Made by a program: the position numbers and the translations under genes. Positions 10,606-19,531 of a DNA stretch of 43,206 bases are shown one piece after another. The notes under the pieces are model-generated. The model saw only the letters and a list, made by a program, of their open reading frames with translations, searched no databases and was not told the origin of the DNA. Source of the stretch: a virus (taxonomy: Duplodnaviria; Caudoviricetes). Numbering within the stretch: the first letter of the stretch is position 1; every line of letters begins with the position of its first letter. Location: positions 1 to 43,206 of IMG/VR virus record IMGVR_UViG_3300049070_000134, one strand, 5' to 3'.

Positions 10606-11166
10606 TTACTGCTCCAACGCGGCAGCCCGCAGGGCAGCCAATTTCGCCTGCCGCTCCGCTTCGATGTCCGCAGCCGCAGCCTCGACGTCAACCTTCGGCG
10701 TGGGAAGCTGGTCAATGCGGAGATGCTGTTCGAAGAGATTGACTCCACTGTGTTCGCCTTCGTGAAGGACAGCCGCAGTACGCGAACTGGACTCCACGTC
10801 GCAGCCGGGAAGCTGGCAGTGATAGCGGGTGCCATCCGACGTCATCATCCCCTTCGTGAAGCGCAGGGGAGCCGCCTTCAAGGCCGTGTGCTGCTCCGGA
10901 GTACAGTCATGGTAGAAGTCCTTCCGCCACTTCATGAGTGTCCCCTGCCCGACGCCCGCGCCGATGTTGCCTCCCGGCACCGTCATCTGCCAGCAGACGA
11001 CACGGTAGTGGCCCGGATCTAGATCCGCGCTGATGGAGCGCGTGGCGAACCCCTTCGTCACGACGAGGTTCTCCGGCAGCGAGACGATGGTGTACCGCGT
11101 CTTCGCCTTCTGGATGGTGCGCGGGATGGGATGCTCTGCGTCTTCCTTCATTGTCCAGACAGACAT
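10606..11166 (-). CDS. Hypothetical protein with C2H2 zinc-finger motif
   Basis: YHCQLPGCDVESSSRTAAVLHEGEH = C-x4-C-x12-H-x3-H. Confidence 0.65.
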   Translation of the reverse strand: MSVWTMKEDAEHPIPRTIQKAKTRYTIVSLPENLVVTKGFATRSISADLDPGHYRVVCWQMTVPGGNIGAGVGQGTLMKWRKDFYHDCTPEQHTALKAAPLRFTKGMMTSDGTRYHCQLPGCDVESSSRTAAVLHEGEHSGVNLFEQHLRIDQLPTPKVDVEAAAADIEAERQAKLAALRAAALEQ

Positions 11167-11714
11167 GCTTGAATCTCCTGTACCGCACGGCGCTGATGCC
11201 GACGGGATGTGAGCTTGCTGCGCTGATCGAGGATGAACCGCCTCTTCGCGCTTCCGCTCGTTGCTACGTCATTGCACTCCTGGTGCGCGCTGCAGAGGCG
11301 CTTTCCGGTCGCCTCAGCCGCCCTTAGAACCCCTTCACGCCTGCAGGCGACGCACGAGCCATCCGTGCCATCCGCCTCCAGCACAACCGCGAACTGTCGT
11401 TCGATCTGCTGCCTCGTGGCTCCTCGGGAAGCGATGGCTTTCTGGAAGATGGATCGCCATCCACGGACCATCCACGTCCCGCCGGTGCCAAGCTGAGTGA
11501 ACTCCGGCACTGCACCACGCCGGAACGCACAGATCTTCTTCCCGATCTTCGGCGGGCCGAGCCACAAGCACGCCACGTTGTACGACGTCGTCTCAAGCTG
11601 GAAGGACAGGTTGATCTTCCTCAGCCCGTTGATGATCTGCGTGTCCGTGAACTCCTTCCCGAACATGCTGTCCGCATCCTTCGGCGCGACGCTCAGATAT
11701 GTCTTTGGGAGCAT
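11148..11714 (-). CDS. Hypothetical protein with Cys/His metal-binding motif
   Basis: CVAC...LCSAH near a basic C-terminus; coupled to neighbours. Confidence 0.65.
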   Translation of the reverse strand: MLPKTYLSVAPKDADSMFGKEFTDTQIINGLRKINLSFQLETTSYNVACLWLGPPKIGKKICAFRRGAVPEFTQLGTGGTWMVRGWRSIFQKAIASRGATRQQIERQFAVVLEADGTDGSCVACRREGVLRAAEATGKRLCSAHQECNDVATSGSAKRRFILDQRSKLTSRRHQRRAVQEIQACLSGQ

Positions 11715-12463
11715 CAGCGTGCCACCACGATGCGGGGAATCTCCTGCTGCGCTTCAATGCCCTTCTGGTACGCGCCGATCATCATCCGCGCGACCGTCAG
11801 CAGGTCCAGCTTCTTCCGGTGGCCCCACTTCACGCCAGTGTGGCAGCCGACTCTGTATCCGAGCGCCCCTGCACGCTCGCAGAAGTCCACATCCTCCGTC
11901 GCAAGCTCATCCCCGTTCGATCCCCGCTCCGTGCGGAACAGCGGCGGAGCCAGAGGATCCTCCACCGTGTCGAGCAGCATCCGACTGTCCTCCAGAACTG
12001 CCCGCTTGATCAGCGTGGCTCCCATCATGACCGCGTCACAGGTGACAATGGGATTCCCTTCGTCTGGCATTGGATCGCACTGCCATCCATCGCCGTCCTT
12101 GTGGTACACGCCGAAGGTCAGCGAGGGCATACGGTCCGGGCCGTGGTACTGGAAGGCAGGGTACACACCTCCGACGATGTCATACCTCTCCAGCAGCAGC
12201 AGCAACTCGAAGCTATTCGCCGACGGGCGGGTGTCCTGGTCGATGAACCACAGCACATCTGCCTCGGAGGCAAGGAACTCCCCCGCGAGGCAGTTCCGCG
12301 CATGCTCGACGGTGCGCTTGCCATTCAGCCTCCGCGTCTGGAATGTCCACGGCGACTTCTCATGGCAACTCATCAGCAACGCCGCCTCGCACAGGTCGGC
12401 GATCTCATTCGTCACCTGCGAGTCCGTCGTCGGGATTGCGATTAGTACCTTCGTCTTGTCCAT
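11714..12463 (-). CDS. GT-A fold (GT2-like) glycosyltransferase
   Basis: VLIAIPT, ARN, WFIDQD (DxD), EDVDFC, terminal GH motif; AGGAGG RBS. Confidence 0.85.
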   Translation of the reverse strand: MDKTKVLIAIPTTDSQVTNEIADLCEAALLMSCHEKSPWTFQTRRLNGKRTVEHARNCLAGEFLASEADVLWFIDQDTRPSANSFELLLLLERYDIVGGVYPAFQYHGPDRMPSLTFGVYHKDGDGWQCDPMPDEGNPIVTCDAVMMGATLIKRAVLEDSRMLLDTVEDPLAPPLFRTERGSNGDELATEDVDFCERAGALGYRVGCHTGVKWGHRKKLDLLTVARMMIGAYQKGIEAQQEIPRIVVAR

Positions 12464-12489
12464 CTGAACTCGTCCCTCCTGTTTGTGAT

Positions 12490-12539
12490 CGTCACGGTAT
12501 GCTGCTCGGTCCGTGACGTGCAGCCAGCCGAGCCTGACT
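12490..12539 (-). other. Two hairpins with complementary loops (kissing-loop/pseudoknot) after capsid stop
   Basis: AGUCAG-GCUCGG-CUGGCU and CGUCACGG-ACCGAGCAGCAUA-CCGUGACG; loop GCUCGG pairs with CCGAGC. Confidence 0.55.
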
Positions 12540-12547
12540 TTGGTTGC

Positions 12548-13489
12548 TTAGCCGATTCCAGTCGCGTCCGAGACCATCTCGACGAAGCGATTCGCGTCGA
12601 TCATCTCAGAGGCAAACAGGAACCAGTAACCAGCAGTTCCACGATTCCGCAGCGGGGCACTGACCAGCGCTTCCGGCTCCGTGATGATGATCCTCGGGGA
12701 GAGGATATCCGACTCCAGCGAGGAGACGCCGAACGCGTCCTTCCCGAGCAGGTAGCCGTAGTCATCATCCGGCGACGTCGAAGTCACGCGGACCAGATTC
12801 GTCGAGATCTGCATAATGCAGTTATAGATCGCCGCCGTCGGGACAGTGTCCTTCAGGGGGCTGACCATACTCGAAGAGAGCTGATCCGTACGAGCCTGGA
12901 ACCACGCAGGGGCACCTTCGCCAAGGATGTCATAGCACTGCTCCACGGAGCCGACGAAGATGAAGAACTGTCCGCCGGGCGACTTCGGATGCGGCTGCGC
13001 ATTGTTGCCGAGCAGTTCAATAACTGCCTTGCGCAGGCCCTCAGCCGTCATGGCAACACCTTCGTCGTTCGTGTTCGTCGCGTCCTGCAGAGCGCTGTTG
13101 TTGATGACGAGGTCAATACTCGTCGCAGCCTTCTGCGCCAGACCCTTCACGAACTCCTCTCTCGTCCCGCTCATCGCGGAGAGATCGAGGAACTTGCTGT
13201 AGTCCGTGTACGCGCCGTACTCCGCCAGAGTGGCGGTGATCGGCGTGGTGGTGAAGTCCGTGGTCGCGCCCGGATCCGCACCCTCAGTGATGGTGGCGGT
13301 GGAACCCGACGGATTGCTGAAGAAGTTCCAGCGAATCGTCTTACCATCATGACGCGGGATATCATCCCGACGTCCAAGGGGAGCGAACCGAACCTTCTCA
13401 CGGAGCACCTCGACGAACGTCGCGGCATCATGCTCAGTGGAAAGGACATTGGTACCGAGGTTGCTAGTACCTGTTCCCATCCTAGCCAT
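12548..13489 (-). CDS. Major capsid protein (N4-gp56-like)
   Basis: 313 aa; GKTIRW, ITEG, TLAEYG motifs; directly after scaffold gene. Confidence 0.88.
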   Translation of the reverse strand: MARMGTGTSNLGTNVLSTEHDAATFVEVLREKVRFAPLGRRDDIPRHDGKTIRWNFFSNPSGSTATITEGADPGATTDFTTTPITATLAEYGAYTDYSKFLDLSAMSGTREEFVKGLAQKAATSIDLVINNSALQDATNTNDEGVAMTAEGLRKAVIELLGNNAQPHPKSPGGQFFIFVGSVEQCYDILGEGAPAWFQARTDQLSSSMVSPLKDTVPTAAIYNCIMQISTNLVRVTSTSPDDDYGYLLGKDAFGVSSLESDILSPRIIITEPEALVSAPLRNRGTAGYWFLFASEMIDANRFVEMVSDATGIG

Positions 13490-13502
13490 GCGATGTTACT
13501 CC

Positions 13503-14225
13503 TTACCTCAGACTAGAGGGCGGATCGTTGACCGGCACCAATCCCATGCTCCGAGCAATCTCCGCGATCTCCTTCGCTGACTTGCCCTTCAGATCCGCCA
13601 GCGTGAGTTCGCGGTCCTGCTGGATGGCAGTGGTGCCACTCATCGTCGCCATCGTCCTGAGGTTATCGCGTTGTTCGTTGATCTGTGCCTGTGGAACAGC
13701 CGCAGACTGCTGACCCGCACGCAGACGCTCCAGCTCGACCAGTCGATGCGCGTTACGGTAGGTACCGTGCCAGTCCACGACGACGCCGCCGAAGCCATCT
13801 GGCTTCCATGCGGCCACTTCGTAGACTCGCACAGGGTCGTTCAGAATGCCATTCACATCCGTGGAGAATGTGCCCCAGTCGGGATTCTCCTGACGGTACT
13901 GAATGAGATCCAGACGCTGATCATTCGCAGCGATCATGTTCCGCAGGGCGTTCTGATCCGACGCTCCTGTCGCGAACTCGCGCTCGTAATCATAGCCCCC
14001 CTGCGGGGGCTGCTCCGTCTGAGAAGGCTGCCGTCGCAGTCTTCCAAGTTCCTGACCCTGACGCGTAATCAACTGCTGAGCGTTGTCGTAGCGTTCCTTC
14101 AGCTTCTGGTTCTCGGCAAGCGCCGCAGTCAGTCTTGAATCCGGGGACTCACTGCCCGAGGGCGCTCCGGAAGGCACCGTGACTCGGGGGGCTGTGTCGG
14201 TTCCAGACTGTGCTGGAGTGTCCAA
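13503..14225 (-). CDS. Capsid scaffolding protein
   Basis: Coiled-coil with RQGQELGRLR motif, directly upstream of MCP; TTG start with AGGAG RBS. Confidence 0.75.
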   Translation of the reverse strand: MDTPAQSGTDTAPRVTVPSGAPSGSESPDSRLTAALAENQKLKERYDNAQQLITRQGQELGRLRRQPSQTEQPPQGGYDYEREFATGASDQNALRNMIAANDQRLDLIQYRQENPDWGTFSTDVNGILNDPVRVYEVAAWKPDGFGGVVVDWHGTYRNAHRLVELERLRAGQQSAAVPQAQINEQRDNLRTMATMSGTTAIQQDRELTLADLKGKSAKEIAEIARSMGLVPVNDPPSSLR

Positions 14226-14236
14226 CGTAATCTCCT

Positions 14237-14587
14237 TCAGGCGGAGACGCTATCCACGTCTGTGCCCGCCCATTGATTGAAACGCCGACGCAGGTCACGG
14301 AGACCATCCCGTCGGCCGGTTGCGTACGCAGCGAGTGCATGATCACTGACACTCGCACTGATGGAATTGTCTGCTTCGTCGATGAGGGCATCCAGGAGTG
14401 GCAGGAACGTGTCCTCGCACTCCCGCTTCTGCGCCCATCCGGCCAACCGGAAGGCAATCTTGTCCTCGTCGGAAAGCTGCTTCGGCTGCTCCGCCTCGAC
14501 GTCCTGCCGTCGGTAGTTGAGCGGATTGCTCAGGAGCTTCAGAAACCGAGCCTTCGTCTGCTGTTGACGATCCTCACCGTTCTGCAT
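14237..14587 (-). CDS. Hypothetical head-module protein
   Basis: 116 aa helical ORF between portal and scaffold. Confidence 0.7.
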   Translation of the reverse strand: MQNGEDRQQQTKARFLKLLSNPLNYRRQDVEAEQPKQLSDEDKIAFRLAGWAQKRECEDTFLPLLDALIDEADNSISASVSDHALAAYATGRRDGLRDLRRRFNQWAGTDVDSVSA

Positions 14588-14597
14588 GTGTCACCAC

Positions 14598-14626
14598 AGT
14601 ATAGCCCTCCTCGAAGCGAAGGTCAA
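14598..14626 (-). promoter_or_regulatory. sigma70-type promoter for scaffold/capsid genes
   Basis: TTGACC-17 nt-TATACT, 10 nt upstream of ATG at 14587. Confidence 0.75.
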
Positions 14627-16461
14627 GCGATCATCTGCCCTTCGCGTTGCGTCTCACCTGCCTGCGTGCCGAATGGCTCTTCCTGCGCGCCGGTGTTCGG
14701 TCCGGCAGCCATCTGCTGCTGTTGCAGCATCATCACCTGCCGCGCAGCCATCTTCGCGACGATAGGCTCTGCGTCGACGACGCCGAGGATGTCGCGACCG
14801 TACTGGACGATGAGCTCAGGGGCAGTGATGAGCAGTTCGGGGAACTGGCCGAGGATGTTCAGGAACTCCCTCATCTGCGCGCCCTTCTGGAACTTCGACA
14901 TGAACATCGTAGACCCGCCGAAGCGGATGTCGGCGTCGATGTCAATCGCTTCGAAGGGGACGCTGACCGGCTCGCCGTTCAGCACTGCCACCATGTCGCT
15001 GTCCGGGGGGATGAACTGCCGCAGGCGGGAGTGAATCAGCCGCCCGAGGATCGGCATCGGATCCCGCTCCAGCAGCCGGGTCATGACGTCGATCCGCTGA
15101 CTCGCGAGGCGGGTCAGTTCGCTGATCTCCGTCGCGGTAGCGCGGTCGGAGGGGATGTTCTGCATCGGATTCGGCGCGCCTGCGGCTTCGCGCATGGACA
15201 TCTTCCGGCGGGTCAGTTCCTGCATCGCCCACGACAGGGCGCTGAAGTCGGTCGGCACCGGAGCCACCTGCTTCACGTCCCGGCAGAAGATGAGATCGTT
15301 CTCCTCCCTCCGGCGAAGCTGGTTCGGATCCCCGCCGAAGGAGCCGACGAGCAGGTTCGGGCGGACCATGTAGTTGCTGCTGTCGGTCAGCGACATCAGC
15401 ATCATGTCGGTGCTGTCCTGGAGGAACCGGACCGCCTCCAGCGGCGACATGCCGTAGTGCCTACCCGTGATGGGATTGACGACGAAGTCCACGATGGGGA
15501 TCTCTCCGTCGCGGAATGGGTTGATGTGACTACGGACGATCTCGCCGTTCAGCATTGTGATGAAACGGTTCGTCGCCTTGTCGGGGTACTTGAGCGGCAC
15601 TTGGCCGTACATCTCAAATCCGTAGATCATCCCCTTGTTGCGGGGCACCATCTCGGCGTAGGCAGCAAATCGCTCGTCTCCGTGGGGGGCCGCAGTTCCA
15701 GGCCTGCCATCTGCGTGCTTCGCCAGCGCACGTCGGGTGGCTTCCATGTCATAGATCCCCGCCTCGGCCATCGCGAGGGCCTGCGAAGGGCTGATGCGGA
15801 AGCGCTTTGCGATGCGTTCCATGTCGACGTGGATCCGCGTGCCGTTCCTGTCGGGGTAGACGTCGTAGTGGTCGATGACATCCAACCGAGGCTGCTGCCG
15901 GTAGAGCACCTCCCCCGGCCCCCACACTCCGGGCTGGATCTCCGTCATCTGCATCCGGGAGCGCTCCTCCCAACCGACCTGCATGTACGAGATCCCGTAG
16001 CCGAACGTGTCGCCGAACAGCCGCCACAGACTGCCGTAGTTCCCCGGCTGGTCCATGATGGCCATCAGCATGTTCGCGATGAGCCTCGCCTTCTCCGGGT
16101 CGTCGTAGCCACGAGGGATGGCAGTCAGGTATCCGTCGGAGAGGAGGATCGCCAGACCCTGCGTCGTCAGCGATTCGTTGATCTGATGCGACTCCGGATC
16201 CTTCAGCAGGCTGTAGCCACGGTTCGGCGGGTTGGTGAAGTACGTATGCGTCGCCTGCCCGCCGTACTTGAGAAAGTTCGGCACGTCCCGTCGAGCGGGT
16301 CGGACGAGTCGGTTGTTCTCAATCTCCTTCCACAGTTCAGCGTACGGTGCCCGCATCTCAAGTGAGTCTTCGATGTGGGTAAGCATGAACTCCGCCTCAT
16401 CCATTCGCAGGAGAGGCGGAGTGATTCGAGGGTAGACGCCGACTGTCGACTGAGGATCCAC
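14623..16461 (-). CDS. Portal protein
   Basis: 612 aa; HYGMSPLEAVRFLQ and RATATEIS motifs, Gln-rich tail; synteny. Confidence 0.88.
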   Translation of the reverse strand: MDPQSTVGVYPRITPPLLRMDEAEFMLTHIEDSLEMRAPYAELWKEIENNRLVRPARRDVPNFLKYGGQATHTYFTNPPNRGYSLLKDPESHQINESLTTQGLAILLSDGYLTAIPRGYDDPEKARLIANMLMAIMDQPGNYGSLWRLFGDTFGYGISYMQVGWEERSRMQMTEIQPGVWGPGEVLYRQQPRLDVIDHYDVYPDRNGTRIHVDMERIAKRFRISPSQALAMAEAGIYDMEATRRALAKHADGRPGTAAPHGDERFAAYAEMVPRNKGMIYGFEMYGQVPLKYPDKATNRFITMLNGEIVRSHINPFRDGEIPIVDFVVNPITGRHYGMSPLEAVRFLQDSTDMMLMSLTDSSNYMVRPNLLVGSFGGDPNQLRRREENDLIFCRDVKQVAPVPTDFSALSWAMQELTRRKMSMREAAGAPNPMQNIPSDRATATEISELTRLASQRIDVMTRLLERDPMPILGRLIHSRLRQFIPPDSDMVAVLNGEPVSVPFEAIDIDADIRFGGSTMFMSKFQKGAQMREFLNILGQFPELLITAPELIVQYGRDILGVVDAEPIVAKMAARQVMMLQQQQMAAGPNTGAQEEPFGTQAGETQREGQMIA

Positions 16462-16785
16462 TTACGGGGCCTGGATGTACGCGATCGTTACGTTGACTGC
16501 CACAGCGGCGGAGGAACTGACCTCCAATCCTTCCCCAACCGCAGATGCAAACAACGGTACCTCACGGCTGCCCGCGCAGGCGACGGCGCAGGAGTTACCT
16601 GTGACGCCAGTGACAATCAACCGGGCTGTGTCAGTCGTGATGTCCTGGATCTTCGCAGTGGCCGCGCCGCCGACATCCAGAGTGTAGGCCAGCACATAGA
16701 CCCGCTGCCCTGCCACCGCTGCGACGAGGGATGTGACGCCGTTGTTGGCAGTTGCGGCAGCGAACTGAACGCTACTGTATGCCAT
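16462..16785 (-). CDS. Small beta-rich virion (decoration-like) protein
   Basis: Ala/Val/Thr-rich 107 aa; TAATG coupling. Confidence 0.6.
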   Translation of the reverse strand: MAYSSVQFAAATANNGVTSLVAAVAGQRVYVLAYTLDVGGAATAKIQDITTDTARLIVTGVTGNSCAVACAGSREVPLFASAVGEGLEVSSSAAVAVNVTIAYIQAP

Positions 16786-17177
16786 TACAGCGACCACAGA
16801 AGCTGGAAGATGATCGTCGCATTCGAGGATACTGTTCCAGTCTTCACCGTGCTGATGTTAATGTGCTTCCCAACCGCAGCCGCTCCGGGCTGAGCGTTCA
16901 CTTCCAGTTCACCGTGCACAGTTCCAGCGACCGCATCGGCATCGATGAACGTCGCAGCCGAAGCCGGGCCAAGTGCCACTGGGCTGGACTCGCCAACCTT
17001 CACCTGGATGCTGAAGGTGCCAGTCGTACCGCCAGCCGTCTTCTGCAATGCACGCACAGACAGAAGTGTCGCAGCCTCCGACGGAACCATCGCGTCGACG
17101 AGGTTGTCAGCGTCAGACGCTCCGCACGCGAGAGCGAAGGTCTGAGTCATGATATGAGGCCGAAGCTTACGAGGCAT
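16785..17177 (-). CDS. Small beta-rich virion (decoration-like) protein
   Basis: 130 aa Ala/Thr/Val-rich; AGGAG RBS. Confidence 0.6.
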   Translation of the reverse strand: MPRKLRPHIMTQTFALACGASDADNLVDAMVPSEAATLLSVRALQKTAGGTTGTFSIQVKVGESSPVALGPASAATFIDADAVAGTVHGELEVNAQPGAAAVGKHINISTVKTGTVSSNATIIFQLLWSL

Positions 17178-17186
17178 TTCATCTCC

Positions 17187-17276
17187 TGCGGCTGTACCGC
17201 GTGGCTCACCCGGCTGTTGCCGGGGCCGTCAACGGGGCGCTGAGCGCCCCTCCACCGAAAGGTGCCGACCAGCCGC
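17187..17276 (-). ncRNA. Candidate structured RNA / 5' leader (four-way junction)
   Basis: Closing stem GCGGCUG/CAGCCGC enclosing three hairpins, between a promoter and the RBS. Confidence 0.5.
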
Positions 17277-17295
17277 TCCATGCGGGGTCAGTGAC

Positions 17296-17324
17296 AGTAT
17301 AGCGCCTTACTGGCCGCAGTGCAA
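17296..17324 (-). promoter_or_regulatory. sigma70-type promoter upstream of portal operon
   Basis: TTGCAC-17 nt-TATACT overlapping end of TerL. Confidence 0.72.
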
Positions 17325-19013
17325 GGATCGAGGCGGAGGAGCAGGCCTCTGAGCGCCTGCGCGGAGGACTTCGTTGAGGGCGGTGTTGAAGTAAGGAGCG
17401 TAGGAGTCGGCGATGGCCGGGTCCAACGTGTACGCCGCGCAGTCGACAGCATCGTCATGGTCGACCTGAGGGTAGTTGAAGAACTGATCCTTGAAGTGCC
17501 GGACGAGGTTCGGTTCACACTCCTCCGCGATGAAGACCCGGCCCGCCTGCATCTCGCTGAAGAAGGCAGTGATCCGCTGCGGCTTGTTGACGTTGGCGTG
17601 CTTCAGGTCGATGACATTCATGAAGACGCCACGGGTGTTCGCCTCGTCAGCCAGCGACGTGCGGAAGGCGTGCGTGCCGATCTCCTCCGGAGCGACGTCC
17701 TGCACGCCCCAGTGGCGCATCAGGCGGAAGATCTCATTCTTGCCATCTCTGTCAGTCAGCTCATTGCTGTGCACTCCGTCGAGCAAGTACTTGACGATCC
17801 ACGGACCGTGCCGGTACAGTTCCCAGACCTGGATGGACGCACTGTCCCCCTCGCCGGAGTTCTTCGTGCCCTTCCACGCCGGGTCGACGATGATGACGCG
17901 CCATCCCCCTGGCGGCACATCCTTGAGTGGCACGAACCGCAGCCATGACGGATCGCACGCCAGCATGCGCGTGGAGCGCAGTTCGCAGAGCATCTGAAGC
18001 TGGAAGAAGTCGTCGTTGCCACTACGGTCGACCTCCTCCTGCCGCTTGGCAGCAAGGAACTCCCTCGTGTGGCGAGTCGGGAAGCTGAGGGTGCCGTCCT
18101 TGTCGATGGCAGGGATCCGTACGATGCGGTAGATCCGCTCGTTCTTCTTCTCCGCTTCCTCCTGCGCCTTCGTCATCTTGCCCCACTGATCCATCGGATG
18201 GTACGGCGTGCCGGTGTGGATCTTCTTCCCCCGGATCGTGTCGAGAGTGTATTGCACGGCGTCGTACTTGGCGGCAGTGTCATCCCTCAACGCCTTCGAA
18301 GTCCGGTGCGACTCCTCGACGAGGTCGTCGAAGCAGATGAGATCGAAGTGCATCCCGACGAGGGAGGCACCGAGGCCACGGGCGATGACGGAGTGCTCAC
18401 GTGCACCGATGGTCGGCACGTTCGGGAAGGTGAACTCTGTCTTCGTGCCGAAGTCGCGATCCGTGCAGCGCTCCGGCCATGTGCGCTTCATCCACGGATT
18501 CGTGATGCACTGATTCTTCAGGGAGACGAGATTGATGGACGCCTGGATCTCCTTGAAGTGCAACAGCGCGATGCGGGCGTAGCGGTCGTACAACTCCGCC
18601 ATGCGAAGGAAGTACCAGAGGGGGACAGCGTTCTGGCTGAAGGTGCTCTTCAGCGAATCGCGCTGAGCGAGAACGAGGAGTCCCTGGTCGCCGCCGGACG
18701 GCGACAGCAGGTAATCGCTGAACTCCTTACAGAACCTGTCGCGGTGAAGCGGCGGGTAGACGATCTCCGGCCGCAGGTAGGCAGGAACTCCATCGATCTC
18801 ATTGCAGAAGAAAGTGTGGCAGGCGAGGAAGAAGATGGGGTTGTGCTCAGCCAGCCGACCGTCGAAACCAAGGGGATCCAGCTTGTGGATGGCATCCCGC
18901 TTCGGCCCCCTCCAGCGGGACTCCATCTCATCGACCGTGCAGATGGAGAGATCCCGCGCCCACGAGCGGAGGATTTGCTCACGGGGCGGGAGTTGGGGTA
19001 GGGTCGGCTTCAG
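17307..19013 (-). CDS. terL: Terminase large subunit (first ATG at 18926; frame open to CTG at 19013)
   Basis: QRDSLKST Walker A-like, HFDLICFDD Walker B, GTPY, IIVDPA and HDDAVD RNase H nuclease motifs. Confidence 0.92.
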   Translation of the reverse strand: MKPTLPQLPPREQILRSWARDLSICTVDEMESRWRGPKRDAIHKLDPLGFDGRLAEHNPIFFLACHTFFCNEIDGVPAYLRPEIVYPPLHRDRFCKEFSDYLLSPSGGDQGLLVLAQRDSLKSTFSQNAVPLWYFLRMAELYDRYARIALLHFKEIQASINLVSLKNQCITNPWMKRTWPERCTDRDFGTKTEFTFPNVPTIGAREHSVIARGLGASLVGMHFDLICFDDLVEESHRTSKALRDDTAAKYDAVQYTLDTIRGKKIHTGTPYHPMDQWGKMTKAQEEAEKKNERIYRIVRIPAIDKDGTLSFPTRHTREFLAAKRQEEVDRSGNDDFFQLQMLCELRSTRMLACDPSWLRFVPLKDVPPGGWRVIIVDPAWKGTKNSGEGDSASIQVWELYRHGPWIVKYLLDGVHSNELTDRDGKNEIFRLMRHWGVQDVAPEEIGTHAFRTSLADEANTRGVFMNVIDLKHANVNKPQRITAFFSEMQAGRVFIAEECEPNLVRHFKDQFFNYPQVDHDDAVDCAAYTLDPAIADSYAPYFNTALNEVLRAGAQRPAPPPRSLHCGQ

Positions 19014-19531
19014 TTAGGCAACCGATCTCCCTCCGGTTTCGACCCACCGAGGAACTGCGCTGCCGCAGCATCGTCAGTAATGGCGATGTCCTCCTTCCTC
19101 GCACGAGTCGCGAGCGCTTCCTTGTCGGAGCGCCCGACGGTGTCGAGCGTGATGCGAGCCGCCGTGTTGGCGTCCGCAGGCTTCAGCTTACCGAACCAGC
19201 AATTGCAATCAGCGTATCCATGCTCCGGATCCGGCGGTTGCAGCGATCTGCACCAGTCGTTGTGCTTCTCCTGCTGGTTGCGTTCGAGCGTCCGTCGCGC
19301 CAAGTCGACGAGCAGTTCCCACGAAGCAGCCTTCTCCTGCAGGGTGCCGAGGACAGCGTCTGTGATGCGACGGTTCGCCTTCAGGCGATCCACCTCGCCG
19401 TCCGGGTCGCTGTAGCCAGCGGCGCGGGCAGCGGACACCCAAGACTTCCCTCGACGCAGTTCCTGCACGACGATCTGCTGCATCGGCGTCAGGTCGTCGA
19501 GGTCGCTGACGTTGGCGTGACGGTTGCTCAC
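19010..19531 (-). CDS. terS: Terminase small subunit
   Basis: LTPMQQ...AARAAGYS HTH typical of TerS; directly upstream of TerL. Confidence 0.8.
   Translation of the reverse strand: MSNRHANVSDLDDLTPMQQIVVQELRRGKSWVSAARAAGYSDPDGEVDRLKANRRITDAVLGTLQEKAASWELLVDLARRTLERNQQEKHNDWCRSLQPPDPEHGYADCNCWFGKLKPADANTAARITLDTVGRSDKEALATRARKEDIAITDDAAAAQFLGGSKPEGDRLPN

Noticed and set aside
14647-16365. 572-aa plus-strand ORF opposite the portal
   Set aside because: Antisense shadow from high-GC codon bias; no motifs; same applies to other long plus-strand ORFs (6700-8019, 12485-13516, 26093-27295)
17187-17276. tRNA gene
   Set aside because: Cloverleaf-like but no TTCGA T-loop, no 7-nt anticodon loop, no CCA
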